This document shows positions 1-12,157 of a stretch of DNA of 64,000 nucleotides, piece after piece. The stretch spans positions 372,001 to 436,000 of the forward strand of contig RSEE01000052.1 of NCBI GenBank assembly GCA_003971905.1, in the 5' to 3' direction. The notes beneath the pieces were generated by a model. That model saw nothing but the letters and a program-made list of their open reading frames with translations, had not been told where the DNA came from and made no database searches. A program made the translations under genes and the position numbers. Position 1 is the stretch's first letter. Every line of letters begins with the position of its first letter. This DNA is from Moniliella sp. 'wahieum'. Taxonomy: Eukaryota.

Positions 1-2246
1 GCTTCATCATGCAGACACCACCCACGGAGGTGAGCATAGCGCCTATACGAAGAGCATTACAACAGCAAGAATCCCGCTCAGGCAGCGCCAAAAGCTGTGT
101 AGAGTAAAAGGCGTTGAGGATGCTATTTCTAAGCAGCCTGTGGCATTGAGAGACCCCTGAGGCTCAGGCCTGAGGATATACTCATAACTCAGGCAACTCT
201 CCAGTTATATCATTACTCAGTTTCCGTCGTAGTGTTCATAATACCCTTTCCAGAGCTTAAGGATTGATACCTGAACAAAGAAACGCTGCAGTGCCTATAT
301 CAATCCGAACACTACTTTCCCTTTCTCTGGTCGAAATGCCACATGATATCGATTCCACGTACTCAAAGTTCCAGCTAGATCAGTCGAAACCTCGTTAGGG
401 AGCTAGGGCTTCTAAAAAATGGGCTGTCACATTTGCTAGACACATCCGATAATAGGGCCCGGTGTCACTTCTTATCGCGTTTGGGACCTGAGAGATCAAT
501 GGGGCCCCAGGCGGCCGAAAGTAAGTGCTGATCGGATCGTTGTATGCGTCCTACTATAACAGTTCTATCTATGCGGTTGTTCTTCTGCCTAAAAGGTGTC
601 AGGACTGTGGTGGAACCCGCGGTGAATGGGCGAAACTCATGTTGATATCCGTCGTAGGACCGCAGAGGCTCCCACAGTCACTTGTGAGTCAGCTCATTTT
701 TTTCCGCTCCTTCATAGTTCATATCTGTTTTTTTCCGGACTCTTCAAGCGCAGATGCCCCTGCTCTTCGTCCTTAATACCGTCGTTCAGTATACTAGTAG
801 TGTAGGAAGACCGGAACCACTGATTGAAGCTTGAGGAGCTGTGACATGTGAGGGTTCCTCTGGCATGTGGCTTATATTCCCAGGATACGATAATGAATGG
901 TCGGGGCTTGGCTTTTGAAGCACAAGGGTACTAGTAGTAGTAGTTAGAGAGAGGACTGTCCACATATTGCAGCGTTTCGATGCTAAACACTTTGTTGGAT
1001 GAGTACTGAGTACTGAGTATATAATATGGGATGCATATGTGTGTGATATTATATGCGAAAAAGAGGCAAAAGGAGACGTGTACTATCGAAGAACTCCAGT
1101 TGGCTCAGCCAGAGTATGTGTGTTGACCTATAACGAGCCGTCGGAATTGATGAATTTTAACCAGAGTACTTACTAGTTAGGTCTGGGGGCATCGGCATAC
1201 CTAATATATGGGAGGTCGAAGGATAGGCACACAGGCCACACACAGTGAGTGCACAGGAGAGAAAGGAGGGAGCAGGGGGTGTAGGCATGCTGGCACGATA
1301 CCCGCAGCGGGGAATCCGGTGGAAGCGGAAGGACCCTGATCTTATCGGCTGCCAAGATTGTTTTGGACGACTACGGTGCGGGGTGGTTGGGTTGCATGTT
1401 GAAGGCGAAGAGCGGAGAAGAAGTGAGACGCATGCCAACCATGGCTCCCAGGAGAGAGTGCATGTGTGGGCACGTATATTGTGTGAGACTCATCTCATTA
1501 CCTTGGGTTGATGCGCTGTTGGAGCGACGAGCGATAGGGAGTATCTGGACTCAGACTAGTGTGTGTAGAGGACCGAGCGAAGACTCGGGACGTCTGTAGT
1601 AGGCCCAGTGGCATGTCTCTAGTTCCTGGTCACTGCATGTACCTGCCCCCCCCTGCCGTGTGCACCTGGGCAGTGTCATCGGCACCTGTCACCGGTCACC
1701 GGTCACCTGTCAGCCGTGCCAGCGTGGGGTGGCATGCCGTCTGTGTCACATGTCATGCACCATTGATCATCCATGTTCCACCTGCACACAGGCGCACTGC
1801 GCTAACCCCGCCTTGTGGGTGCGTGTCACATGTCACATGTCATGCATCATGCATCATGAACCACTAGCGTACTGCGGCCTGAGAATTACTCACAGTCTCA
1901 GTACTCGGGACGGAGCTACGACTTGTTACATGTTACAGCTTGCCGCGCCAGACAGACGGGCAAGCAGTATGCGGGGCAGCTGGTGTGTTCCTCTCTGCTT
2001 CCTCTGAGGCCTCACCACTCCCAGCACTTGGCCAAGCCAAAAGCCATTTCATTGCACACTACTGTGCCTCTCTATGTAACATGCACTCATTTAAGAAGGG
2101 CCAGCCATCCGCGCATCTCTTTTTCCAGCCTCCATCCTCCCTCCCTCCCCCTCCCCCCCCCCACCCCCCCTTCCCTCTTCCTCTTCCCTCACGTTCTTTG
2201 CCCCCCACGGTCTTTGCCTATCTTCTCTCCCCCACCCCCCACCAGA

Positions 2247-4316
2247 ATGCTTACACGATGCGTTCTCCTCCTGGCTGCCTCCTCGGTCGCCCTGGGCGCC
2301 CGTGTGCTCGGTGGCGCTAAGATCCACCCGGGCGCGTACAAGTACATCACCCCTACCACTGAAGCCCACAATCAGTACAATATGGAGTTCACCATCTACC
2401 TTCCCTCGGGCGACGATGCTGGCCTGGACAAAAAGATGCACGAAATCTCTCTCAACCGTAACCTGCCCTGGCTGACGGACGAAGAGTTGGGCAAGTACGT
2501 GCGCCCCAAGCCGCACCACATCCAGGCCGTGCAGAAGCACCTCGAGGCACATGGTGTCTCGGGCAATTCATTGGTTTGGTCGCCCCACCAGGATCAAGTC
2601 AAAGTCAGACGACGGCCAAGACGGTCAAGGCCATGTTCCCCGGCACCAAACTGCACCTGTACAAGTTCCGTGGCACTACTCACACACTCAAGTCCCACGC
2701 TGTCCACATCCCCGACCACCTCGATGAGGCCGTGGCCCATGTCTCCCACCTGGCCGACTTCCCCATCACGCGCCGCTCGGTCGTTCGCGCTCCCGAGCAC
2801 CTCCAGACCAACAAACGTGCCGACCTGGCGGACCCCACTAGGCCCAGTAAGCACAGCAAACGCATCACTAGTGCCAACGGTGTTGTTCCTCGCAAGGCAC
2901 CAGGGAAGCCTCATCCGGGGCCCAGCGCAAGTGTCAACGCGACTGGCAACAGGGGAACTTCGGATCCAAACAGAACCTCACCCTTGAACTGACTGGATGT
3001 TCCGAGCAATTCATTCCGGCTGACTGCCTGCGTCACTACTATGGCACGTACGATTACACGAAGAACCTCACGGTCGACACCTATGACGGTTCACCTGATG
3101 TCACCATCTTTGGTTACCTTGGCCATAATGCCAACCAACAGGACCTGACGACGTATCTTAAATGTTCCGTCCCGAGGCGGCTGGTTACCAGATTCCGATT
3201 CAGGACATCTACGGTGCTTCCACCAATATGTCGAAACCCACGAGCGAAGCGCAGACGGACATTCAGCTGGGTACGTGGTATTACTTGTTCTTGGTTCCCA
3301 TCATTCGTACACATCCTGACTTGGCTCTTTTCCCTTCTTTTTTTCTCCCCCGGTTTTCTCCCATTGTAGTCGTCGGCCAGTCCTGGCCCCTTCGGACCAA
3401 CTACGTCAACGTTGGCCCGGCCAACAATCCGCAAGACATTTCCTCCAGGCCTTTGACTGGCTGCTCTACGAGGGCGGCTCGACGCAGCGGCCTGGCGTGG
3501 TATCCATTTCCTACACGTCGAACGAACACGGCATGACCGCTTCGGGTGCTCAGACCATGTGCAATGCGGCTAAGAAATTGTCGGCTTTGGGAACGACAAT
3601 CGCCGTGTCAAGCGGGGATCATGGCACGGCGGGCTTTGGGCCCGCGGCGAGGGAGTGTGTGCGGCCGATGGGGGCCAGCATCCATTGTGCCGCTTTACCC
3701 TGTTACATGCCCCTACGTTCTGGCTGGGGGGCCAACCGTGGGTTTAACGGGATTGCCGAGGGTGAAGTCATGACCAATGTCAGCCATCTTCCTGGAGGCC
3801 AGATGTTGGGCTTTTCTCGGGGGCCGGCCGTTCCAACATCTTCCCCCTGACGCAAGCAAAGTATCAGAACAACTTGTGCGCCAACTGCAGCCTCGCATCG
3901 CTTCCTCTCCCGCCGAACCTTCCTACATGTACAACCAGAGTGGCCGTGTCTACCCCGATCTGACCATGAACGGCTGGTGGGCCGATATCGTTGGGCGGGA
4001 TGGTGAATGGGATCGGAGGCACGTCTGCCTCGACGCCCACCACGGCTGCCATCTTGTCGCTGATAAACGATGCGCTGATACGCAAGGGCAAGTCGCGTCT
4101 TGGCTGGGTGCACCCTATGCTCTACTCGCCTAAAATACGCACTAAAGTCTTCCATGACATTCAGCCGGCGGCTCCTTTGGTTGCATCCCCAACCCGACCC
4201 CCCATGATTGGGGGGTGATGTATGTTGGGACTAGGGCCCTTCCGGGGTACGACGCTTCGGCAGGCTTGGGCTCATTCCGGTTCAAGCCGCTAGCCCGCGC
4301 TTTGGGGGCTTTGTGA
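2247..4316 (+). CDS. Secreted S53 (sedolisin / tripeptidyl-peptidase-like) serine protease with pro-domain; intron ~3271-3369; several apparent sequencing frameshifts
   Basis: Signal-peptide-like MLTRCVLLLAASSVALG; activation-domain-like WLTDEELGKYVRP..IQAVQKHLEAHG; EAQTD, SSGDHG, GRVYPD, GGTSASTP (catalytic Ser), LGWVHPMLY, FHDI and GYDASAGLGS motifs spread over several frames. Confidence 0.85.
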
Positions 4317-5239
4317 ACTCATCACACCGGTTTCGTCTAAGGTGGCACATGTCATCTGCCAGTGTAGCCGTGGGGGGTTATACGAGCTGCTGATTCCCAA
4401 AGCGGGTTTGCGAATGGTACGCTCTTTCCTGTGTCAATCAGCATATATGCTCCGGTATATACTTGATCCGTTCACCTTCCTCTTCGCCCCTTGTTATTGT
4501 CAGAGAGCGAGGGCAGGTGAAAGACGGTTCGATGTTATACAGCCGTTTTCCAATTTATACATGTTGAGATATTCTCTCTTCTCTATTCTGTTGTGATTGT
4601 CGATTTTTGACTCAGGGATTGGAACGGGAACTGTAACGACGCGTAAACGTTCTGACCTGGGAGACACTTAGTCTCTAAAGCACAGAACAGTTAGCGACGA
4701 GTGGTAATGAAGTCACGAAGTGAGCGAGAGAGAAGGGAAGGGAAGGAGAGGTAGTGGCGAAATCTAAGTAAGGTCAGTTGCTTTCCCAACTACTAATCAT
4801 GCCAGCCACCGTGTGTTGGGGGGCCGACTGGGCGACAGAACCCAGAAGACTGAAGCCAAGACTACTGAAGCTGAGACTGAAAATCCCAAAGACTGGGAAC
4901 TGCGGAGCTCTAAACACTGAGCTGTGATAAGCTGGAGCTGAAAGAAGGATATAACTGAATGGAAGGCAAGATGAAGGGGGAGTAGAGGGGGAAAATCAGA
5001 GGAGTTGCTTGCTGGATTGATCGAAGTGACAAAGGAGATGGAGACACCAATAACGGATCTCTCATCGTCGGGGGGAGAGCCACAGTCCATTCCATATGTG
5101 TAGCCAGGGACTAATATTAAAGAGAAACAACGCAGTAGATAGAGAACGGGGAAAGAGAAGAATGTGTGGAGGAGACAAGGTGTCCACGTCGGGGCTAAGG
5201 CGAGGGAGACCAGGATCGGACTAGGCCAAGGGGTGTAGT

Positions 5240-5960
5240 AATCGTTCGTGGGAAGAAGCAAGAACAGAGGACATGGTGCGAAGTGGAAGGAACAGGGAAG
5301 GAGCGAGACGCTCGAGACGAAGAATTTGGAAATGGGAGCGAGATCAGCCAAACTATGACACAAGGACTTATGGAAAGGAAACAGTCCACACCGGAGAGGT
5401 CCTCGGCGGTGGTGGTTTCACGATCGCGGTGCACTTCGGACTTCATTAGCCCCGAGGCTCCGCGGGCCCCGTGGACTGCTGATGCGCGCATAATACTACC
5501 AGCGAAACCAACGACTAGTAGCTTCTCCTGTAACATATGTAGCCCTTATTGTCCTGTTCCTACCACCAACGCCTATCTCTCGCCCGCAATCGATCGCCTA
5601 CGCTACTGTCCTAAACCGTGTGATGGAAGTAGGAGGAGGAGAGAATATCAACAGGCAAGGGGCGACTGTGGTCGCCGACCCTATATTACGTGGGGTTCTG
5701 TCACAGTCGGGGCTAAAAGGCCCTAAGACGAAACCGGTGACCGGTGACCGACGAGCGGTGGAGTTGACGTTGAAGCTTGAAGCTTGAAGCTCTTGAAGGC
5801 AGACCAGAGTCGAGAGGAAGGTGACAATTGTTCGTGGGGAAGAAGCAAGAGCAGAAGATATGATGCGGAGCGGAAGAAACAGGGAAAGCCAAGCAGAGCG
5901 AGACGCTGGGGACGAACAAATTGGAAATGGGAGCGAGAGCAGCCAAATTACGGCAGGGTC
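5240..5960. repeat. Diverged direct repeat, ~120-bp core at ~5240-5365 and ~5826-5960
   Basis: TTCGTGGG(G)AAGAAGCAAGA..., GAGCGAGACGCT and TTGGAAATGGGAGCGAGA.CAGCCAAA occur in both copies, ~585 bp apart. Confidence 0.75.
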
Positions 5961-6229
5961 TATGGCCGCTTTGGATACCGACATGGCACAACCGGTCTAC
6001 GGCCGTGACTGCGAGGGGTTGGGAGCGAGAGTTCTGTTAGGATGTCGGATAGAGAGCATCGATCGTGCCTGTATACTCCCGGCATAGCCGGGCCATATTC
6101 CTGTATTTAGCTTAATTGTGCGCCTGTGGGAGCAGGATTTGATGAGGTGCGAGGAAGGCGAAGAATGCACGTAGGTTCAGCCCGGCACGCCTTCCCGCCT
6201 TAGACCATGGCACTCCTGCATCATGATAG

Positions 6230-7720
6230 GCTTCAAGTTAGCTTCACGCTTTTGTGAGGCTAAGCGCTAAGCCGCTAAGGTCTCAGCATCTCAGGCCTTA
6301 ATAATAGGCCCTTAGGCCTTAGGCCTTATCGATTTTCGATTATCGATTAGATCGATTATCATACAATCTCAGATCTTGTGTGGACGGAGTTGGGGGGGGC
6401 TTGGCCCTCTGGTCTGGCGCGTTCAGAACGTTGTTGAACGTGTTGAACGCGTTGGATACTTCATCGATGGTCGATCGAGATGATCAATTACCGGTTACTA
6501 GTTACTAGTTACTATAGTTACTAGTGATAATCGATAATCACTTTGATCACTAATCATTAATCATGCATCATGCACCTAGTCACTTTAACCACACACGCTG
6601 TATCTCTATAGAAGTGGGAACCGTGGCTAAAAGCGCAAAGGTGGCGAAGAAGGCCGGTGGCTAAGGTGGCGATGGTGGAACGGTGTGGCTTGCGACGCAG
6701 CACCCAGGGGCACTAAGCTGGGTGACCGGTGTACCGGGCTGTAGGCCCGCTGGTCTCCTCGTCTATTAGAGGGCTTCAAGCTTACCGGATAACCGGTAAC
6801 TAGAACTACGAGAGTAACTCGTAGATGGCTATTGTTCTGCTTATAAGATCTAAGTATAATAGTCACTAGTCACTAGTCAAAATGTTCAACGTTCACTAGT
6901 CACTAGTCACTAGTCACTAGTCGCTGAACACAGTCTCACTCTGAAAGAATCGGGCTCTGAAGGATCTGAGATCTGAAGCCCGATGAGATCGATGATCGAT
7001 GAGTTGATGAGGCCGATGAGAGGTCGATGATCGATGAGGGCAAAATGCACCTGCAGGACGATCGATGGGTGAGGACGAGTAGTCGCGATCACCTCGATCA
7101 CCGGGGAGAGTATAGACCGGGGTTGTCCGTTAACATGTAGCAGTGGGGAGGATAGCCACTAGTTACTAATTCGATAACCGGAAACCTTTGATCTTCAAGC
7201 TTCAAGCTTCTCAAGCTTTCCTGCCATATACGAGTGTAGCCAGCCACTATTACTGTCACAAGTCACCCATGTCACCATTAAGTGGTAAACACACACCTGT
7301 AAACACACTTGTCGCTCTACTATTTATCACAAGCGTCACGCGTCCGCGTCACCCCGACGGCCACAGTACACAGACAGCGACCGAGTAGTCACGGTGACAG
7401 TAGTAGTTAATCACTGTGACGACCGCCAGTACTGTTCAAGCAAAACTACTCAGTTACTGAGTGTACACATTACCTCAAGCTTCAAGCTGCTCTGTATGGC
7501 CCTTTCAGGCTGCGGCCAGCTGAGGCGCTGAGGCTGGCTGCTGAAAGTCTGGGATCTTGGATATTGAGCGCATTGAATATTGAGCCAGCGTCTCACAAGC
7601 TACACGCGTCGATGACACGATTATGACAAGCGCTTGAAGCGTAAAGCTTGAACAGCCTTTTGGGGGCTGTGCCTAACGCGTAAACGCCGCAGCAGTCGTT
7701 CTCATCAGCATCAGCTCTCT
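6230..7720. repeat. Dense cluster of palindrome-plus-spacer heptamer arrays
   Basis: (AGGCCT-T)2(ATCGAT-T)n 6314-6356; ACCGGT-T-(ACTAGT-T)n 6490-6525; (ACTAGT-C)n with AACGTT-C 6865-6921; (AAGCTT-C)2 7197-7209. Confidence 0.9.
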
Positions 7721-8046
7721 CAGCTCAGTCACGGGCCAGCTCCAGCTTCCACCTTCAAGCCACGCTCTTTCGTGACGCTGATTGAAACTTCCTTGAAGCA
7801 TCAACTAGGCTTCTCCGGGCGCTTTTTGTGTTGGAATTGAGTTTGGCTCTTGCTTGCGACAGAGCAACCCCCTCGACGCCCTCCCTTCTGTGGAAGAATC
7901 GCCTCCTTCGCCTGAGGTCTTGGACTTTTTGCTCTTGATCTCGTCCTTCCATCGCCACCCCCTACACCCCCTACACCCTCTATTATTTCCCTACGCCCCT
8001 ACGTCCCTCTAATCCCCTTACACCCTCAACACCCATCGAAGCCACC

Positions 8047-11000
8047 ATGAACGCCCACCGCTCCGCCCACTCCCTCGACCAGACCTTCCAACCACTTCCT
8101 GACGAAGCTCGGGCTATGATGGGGTATTGCCCGGTGCATCTAACGCGTCTACCGACCCAGCCTTGCTTGCTCCATCACGGGCGCCGCATGAAGCTGTAGC
8201 CGGCACAGACCAAAATGGTCCCGACTCCTGCAGCCACGCCGCAAGAAACGAAATCGGTTGACGCTCAGTTGTACCCATTGTCGGTATGTGTTGCAGTTCG
8301 ATGATTCTTTCGCCACTTTTTACTAATTCCTTATACGGTCTCTGTGGCGTACCTTTGGTTTCCACTACTCCAGGGAGCGCAAGATCAAATGTTCCCGATC
8401 CGTACCCTGTGACCAGTGCAGCAAGCGCGGCGACGCGGACACCTGCCGCATTGTTCCTTTTAAGAATCACATTGTCTTCCCGCTCTTTGAGGTGGACGAG
8501 TGCCGGGAGTATCCAGCCGATGTTCGCCCTGAGGCTCCTCTTCAACACCCCGGGCAGCATGGGTACGAGCAAACAGGGTTTGGACCCAGGCATCCCCCTC
8601 AGGAGCGTGGGTCTCATCATTCGTACCTCCCCTATCACAACCGCTTGACCAATTCTGATTACCTGCATCAGGCACCCCCACCATCCGTTAGTTCCGGCGG
8701 TCAAGACCGCTGGTTCGAGTCGTCACGACCCATTCAAACTCAAGTTGATTCAGTGGATTCGTGGAACCCACCCGAGAGCGCCCCTTTTCCCGGGGACAAC
8801 AGCTCGTCATCCGCGACTGTTTCCCCCCGTACCCATTCTTCATTTGCAGATCACAGCCAACAGTGGGCCTCGCCAATAGCGACACAAGAACGCTCTTCGG
8901 TGCGCCACGACTTTCCTTCAAGCTCGTCTATGATCCCTGCGGTACAAGCATATCCTCCTCCCCCACAACCATCCGGACAGGTGCCCTTGTCTGAGCGCAT
9001 GGACGAGTTGGCTTGGGCCCATGCGCGCATCGCTCAGTTGGAGAAACACGTTGCCTCCTTAACCGTTGAGTTGGATGAAGTGCAGACGCGGTCAGAGGCG
9101 CAAGCCGAAGAAAGGATCCCATCCCTCACTTACCTTCTGTCCCGTACGGGCTTGAACAACTACCAGATGGCTTCGCGTGGGCGACCTCGCAAGCCCCACG
9201 CTCCACGTTTGGCCCCAAACAGTCAAGCAACTGACGTGGATAATGCGGCGACAGTCTTGGAAGGGTTGGCTCTGGGAGGAGCACAGCACACTCGTCCTGA
9301 TCGGGCCAATCGCTCCGTAGGAAGCAGGGCGATTCATCGCGTGCCTGAGGATCCATCTACCATTTCAACCGAGCGATTGCTCCCACACGGATCGGCGTCT
9401 GAATGTTTAATCACTAACTGCCCAGAGTGCTCGGAGCACCGCCAGGCCGTCGCAAACGCCAGTATGAACCCTTCTCTAAATGCAACGGATATTCTCGACC
9501 CGCGACGGATTGATCCTTTCGGTCCGCTAACGGGAGAGCCGCCTCCAGTGCCTACAACAACGGGAATGGGCCAAAACTATGTATCGGCCCAGCTTCCAGC
9601 TTCTACATCTTCCCACGCGGGTCTTCGGGCCAGCTAGACAACTATCGTGATGACGAGGAGGAGTCCAGCGGGGGGTCTAGCTCAACCAGTCCCAGGGGCG
9701 TCTCGGAGCATAGGGATCACAAAGTGCCTCCGTACGGCGCTTATGCTCAATCCGCCAAATTGGCAGTGCAAAATCGTGGTCTATTTCGCCTCAAGCAAGG
9801 ACCCGACACACTTTTGGGATGGGGTATGGGATGGGCTCTTGGCTCAGCCGAGGTTGCTGCTGAGTACAATACCATCACCCCTACTCCTCCGTTTCTTTGT
9901 CCGGGTGCACCCGAGCGCGAGTCAGTCTTGCGCAGTATCATCCGGTCCTTGCCCCCCAAAAATATTACGTTACAACTGATTGACGTTTATCGAACCAGAG
10001 TTTACTACCTCACTGGCCATGTGGTGCACGTCCCCTCGCTCCTGCGTGAGGTGGAGAGGTTTTATGATTTGCCTTCGGTGGAAATGCAAGCCCGCATCGT
10101 CAACCACCTCGATCCGGGTTGGCTGGCTCTCCTTTTGATGGTGCTGGTGCTGGCGATGCAATTCTATCCCAACCCCGGTCACGCGCCAGAACATTATGCC
10201 AACATAACTTTTCTATTTGACGGCCGCACAATCCACACGTGGTATTCTGCGTTCAAAACTGTGCTGTTGCTGGCGGGGTACATGGCGAGCAAGAGCGTCA
10301 CGGTTCTCCAAGCCATCCTACTGGCCGAGCTGTTCAGTGCTGAGAGCGATGAGGAACAGGCGGCGCTCCTTAAAATTGCCATCAGCACTGCGGTGAGTAT
10401 GGGCCTTCATCGGATGGGAGATCTCCACCGTCTCCCCCAACCGGGAGAAGCACCTGGTACGGTCATTCTTCGCGAGACCTACTACCGCATCTGGTGGACG
10501 CTTGTCTGGCGCGATTGGTGTGCTTCCGAGACAACGGGGATGTACACCATCCAGCGTAACACATTCAACACCCCTCTTCCGGGGAACTACAATGATGTGG
10601 ACTTGTGTCAAGTTCAGCTCCCCCCACCTCATCCTGATGAAGTTCATACGGAAATGTCTTTTGTGCTCTCCAAGCTCGCCTTCGCCGACATCGTTCGTCA
10701 AACCACCGATCTGCTCAACGATCGCGACTTGAGTGGACCACATAACGGATCCAGCCGCCGCCTTACGGCAGAAGATACAGGCCAACTTGACAAGCGATAT
10801 CGTGCTTTGCTTTCTAGTCTCCCTTCCTTCTTTTCCCGCGATGAGAATCGGGCGCAAGTAGAGTTGGGGTCGGATGTATCCGTACAGCGCTGGCTATTGC
10901 ATCAAGCCGTATTCTCCAAGTTGCTCCGTCTGCATCGTGTGGCGCTTTCGTCGGACCTCGAAGGGCGAGGGGTATGTGTCCGTCTTGCACGTTATATTCT

Positions 11001-12157
11001 TGCGATGCAGCGACAGCTGCGCTCCATCTCCTCCCGTACAATCGTCGATCGTCTCTGGTTCATCATTCTTCAATCATTCAACGCAGCTGTCGTGCTTCTC
11101 TTTGACCTCTTGTCTGCACCACCAGCAGACGAGAGAGAGAGAGAGCATGCACTTCGGGATGTTCAAGAAGCCATCAATGCACTTGATAGCGTACGCACGA
11201 CCTCGCCCTACACTGCTCGTTCGCTTTCTATCCTACGTGCCATGCAAGCTGCGGAGAAGTCACAGTGGGACTCGTGCCAGCGCCGCTCGTCTGACCCGTC
11301 GAACTCCCTCAAGCGGCGTCGGGGCCAGCAGACCAACGTTCTCGATCTTGCCCTTCGCATCAAGGAGCAATTGAGTCTTCCTCCAATAACCCTCCTCCTG
11401 CCGCTTCCCCCACTGCAAGCAGAGAAGAGCGCCCCCTCCGTCGAATTGGATGAAAGGCCTCCTCCTGAGAAAGTAGCCGCCCCGGTTTTCAGTGGGTATA
11501 CCGACCCTACCATTGTTTCTGGACTTATCTCGGGACGAGCTCCAGGAACAGTGCGGCTATGAAGGCGAAATCGGCTGGGCTGCCTCTTACGGCTGATTTC
11601 CCCTACCTTCTTCGTCCACCCCCTGGCGAAGGGCCTTTGGACCTGCCTGCTGTCGCACCCAATGGCTCCGATCTTTTCTCTTTGGCAGTGGGATCTCCAC
11701 CGTCCATGTTGGAATTCTCCAAACCCGGAACTTTGCCCACTCTTCCAGTCCAGTCCTTCGATCTGCCCGCATTTTTGCCTCGCATCAGAACCCCTCTGTG
11801 GTCTCCACCCACCCAGACTTGGGGCCAAATGCAGAGGTACCAATCCTTGGACACCGGACCTCACTCCCCGCATTGTCTTCCTCTGCAGTAACCGCCCGAT
11901 CGGCGGATGGACTGGTGCTTGACGTGACAGGAGGAGAAGCAAGGGAAGTCAGAACACCACCCCCCGCCGACCCCACCAAGGCAGATGCAGTCCTTCCACG
12001 CCAGACTCGATTCACTTTTGGAGTGGGTTCTGTCTGGATCAGCCCCCTTGCGCGTAGGATCCACCAACCAGCCACCCCTGGGCAACTGGCTCCACTGGCC
12101 TCCGAACAACAAATTACTGGAACCGCGCGCACCACCGGCTCTAGCAAGTGGAACTAA
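8047..12157 (+). CDS. Zn(II)2Cys6 fungal transcription factor with fungal-specific TF (middle homology) domain; intron ~8284-8373; frameshifted
   Basis: Spliced translation RKKRNRLTLSCTHCRERKIKCSRSVPCDQCSKRGDADTCR; ORF 9724-11562 has AISTAVSMGLHR, ETYYRIWWTLVWRDW and FNTPLPGNYND. The 3' end is uncertain. Confidence 0.9.

Noticed and set aside
1..790. Possible transposon remnant or gene fragment at the window start
   Set aside because: No terminal repeats, transposase or RT motifs, or credible ORF visible.
6230..7720. Polylinker/vector contamination or a CRISPR array (many restriction-site-like hexamers)
   Set aside because: The sites are tandemly repeated, degenerate and dispersed through many native intergenic regions. 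There is no vector backbone and no constant repeat with unique spacers.
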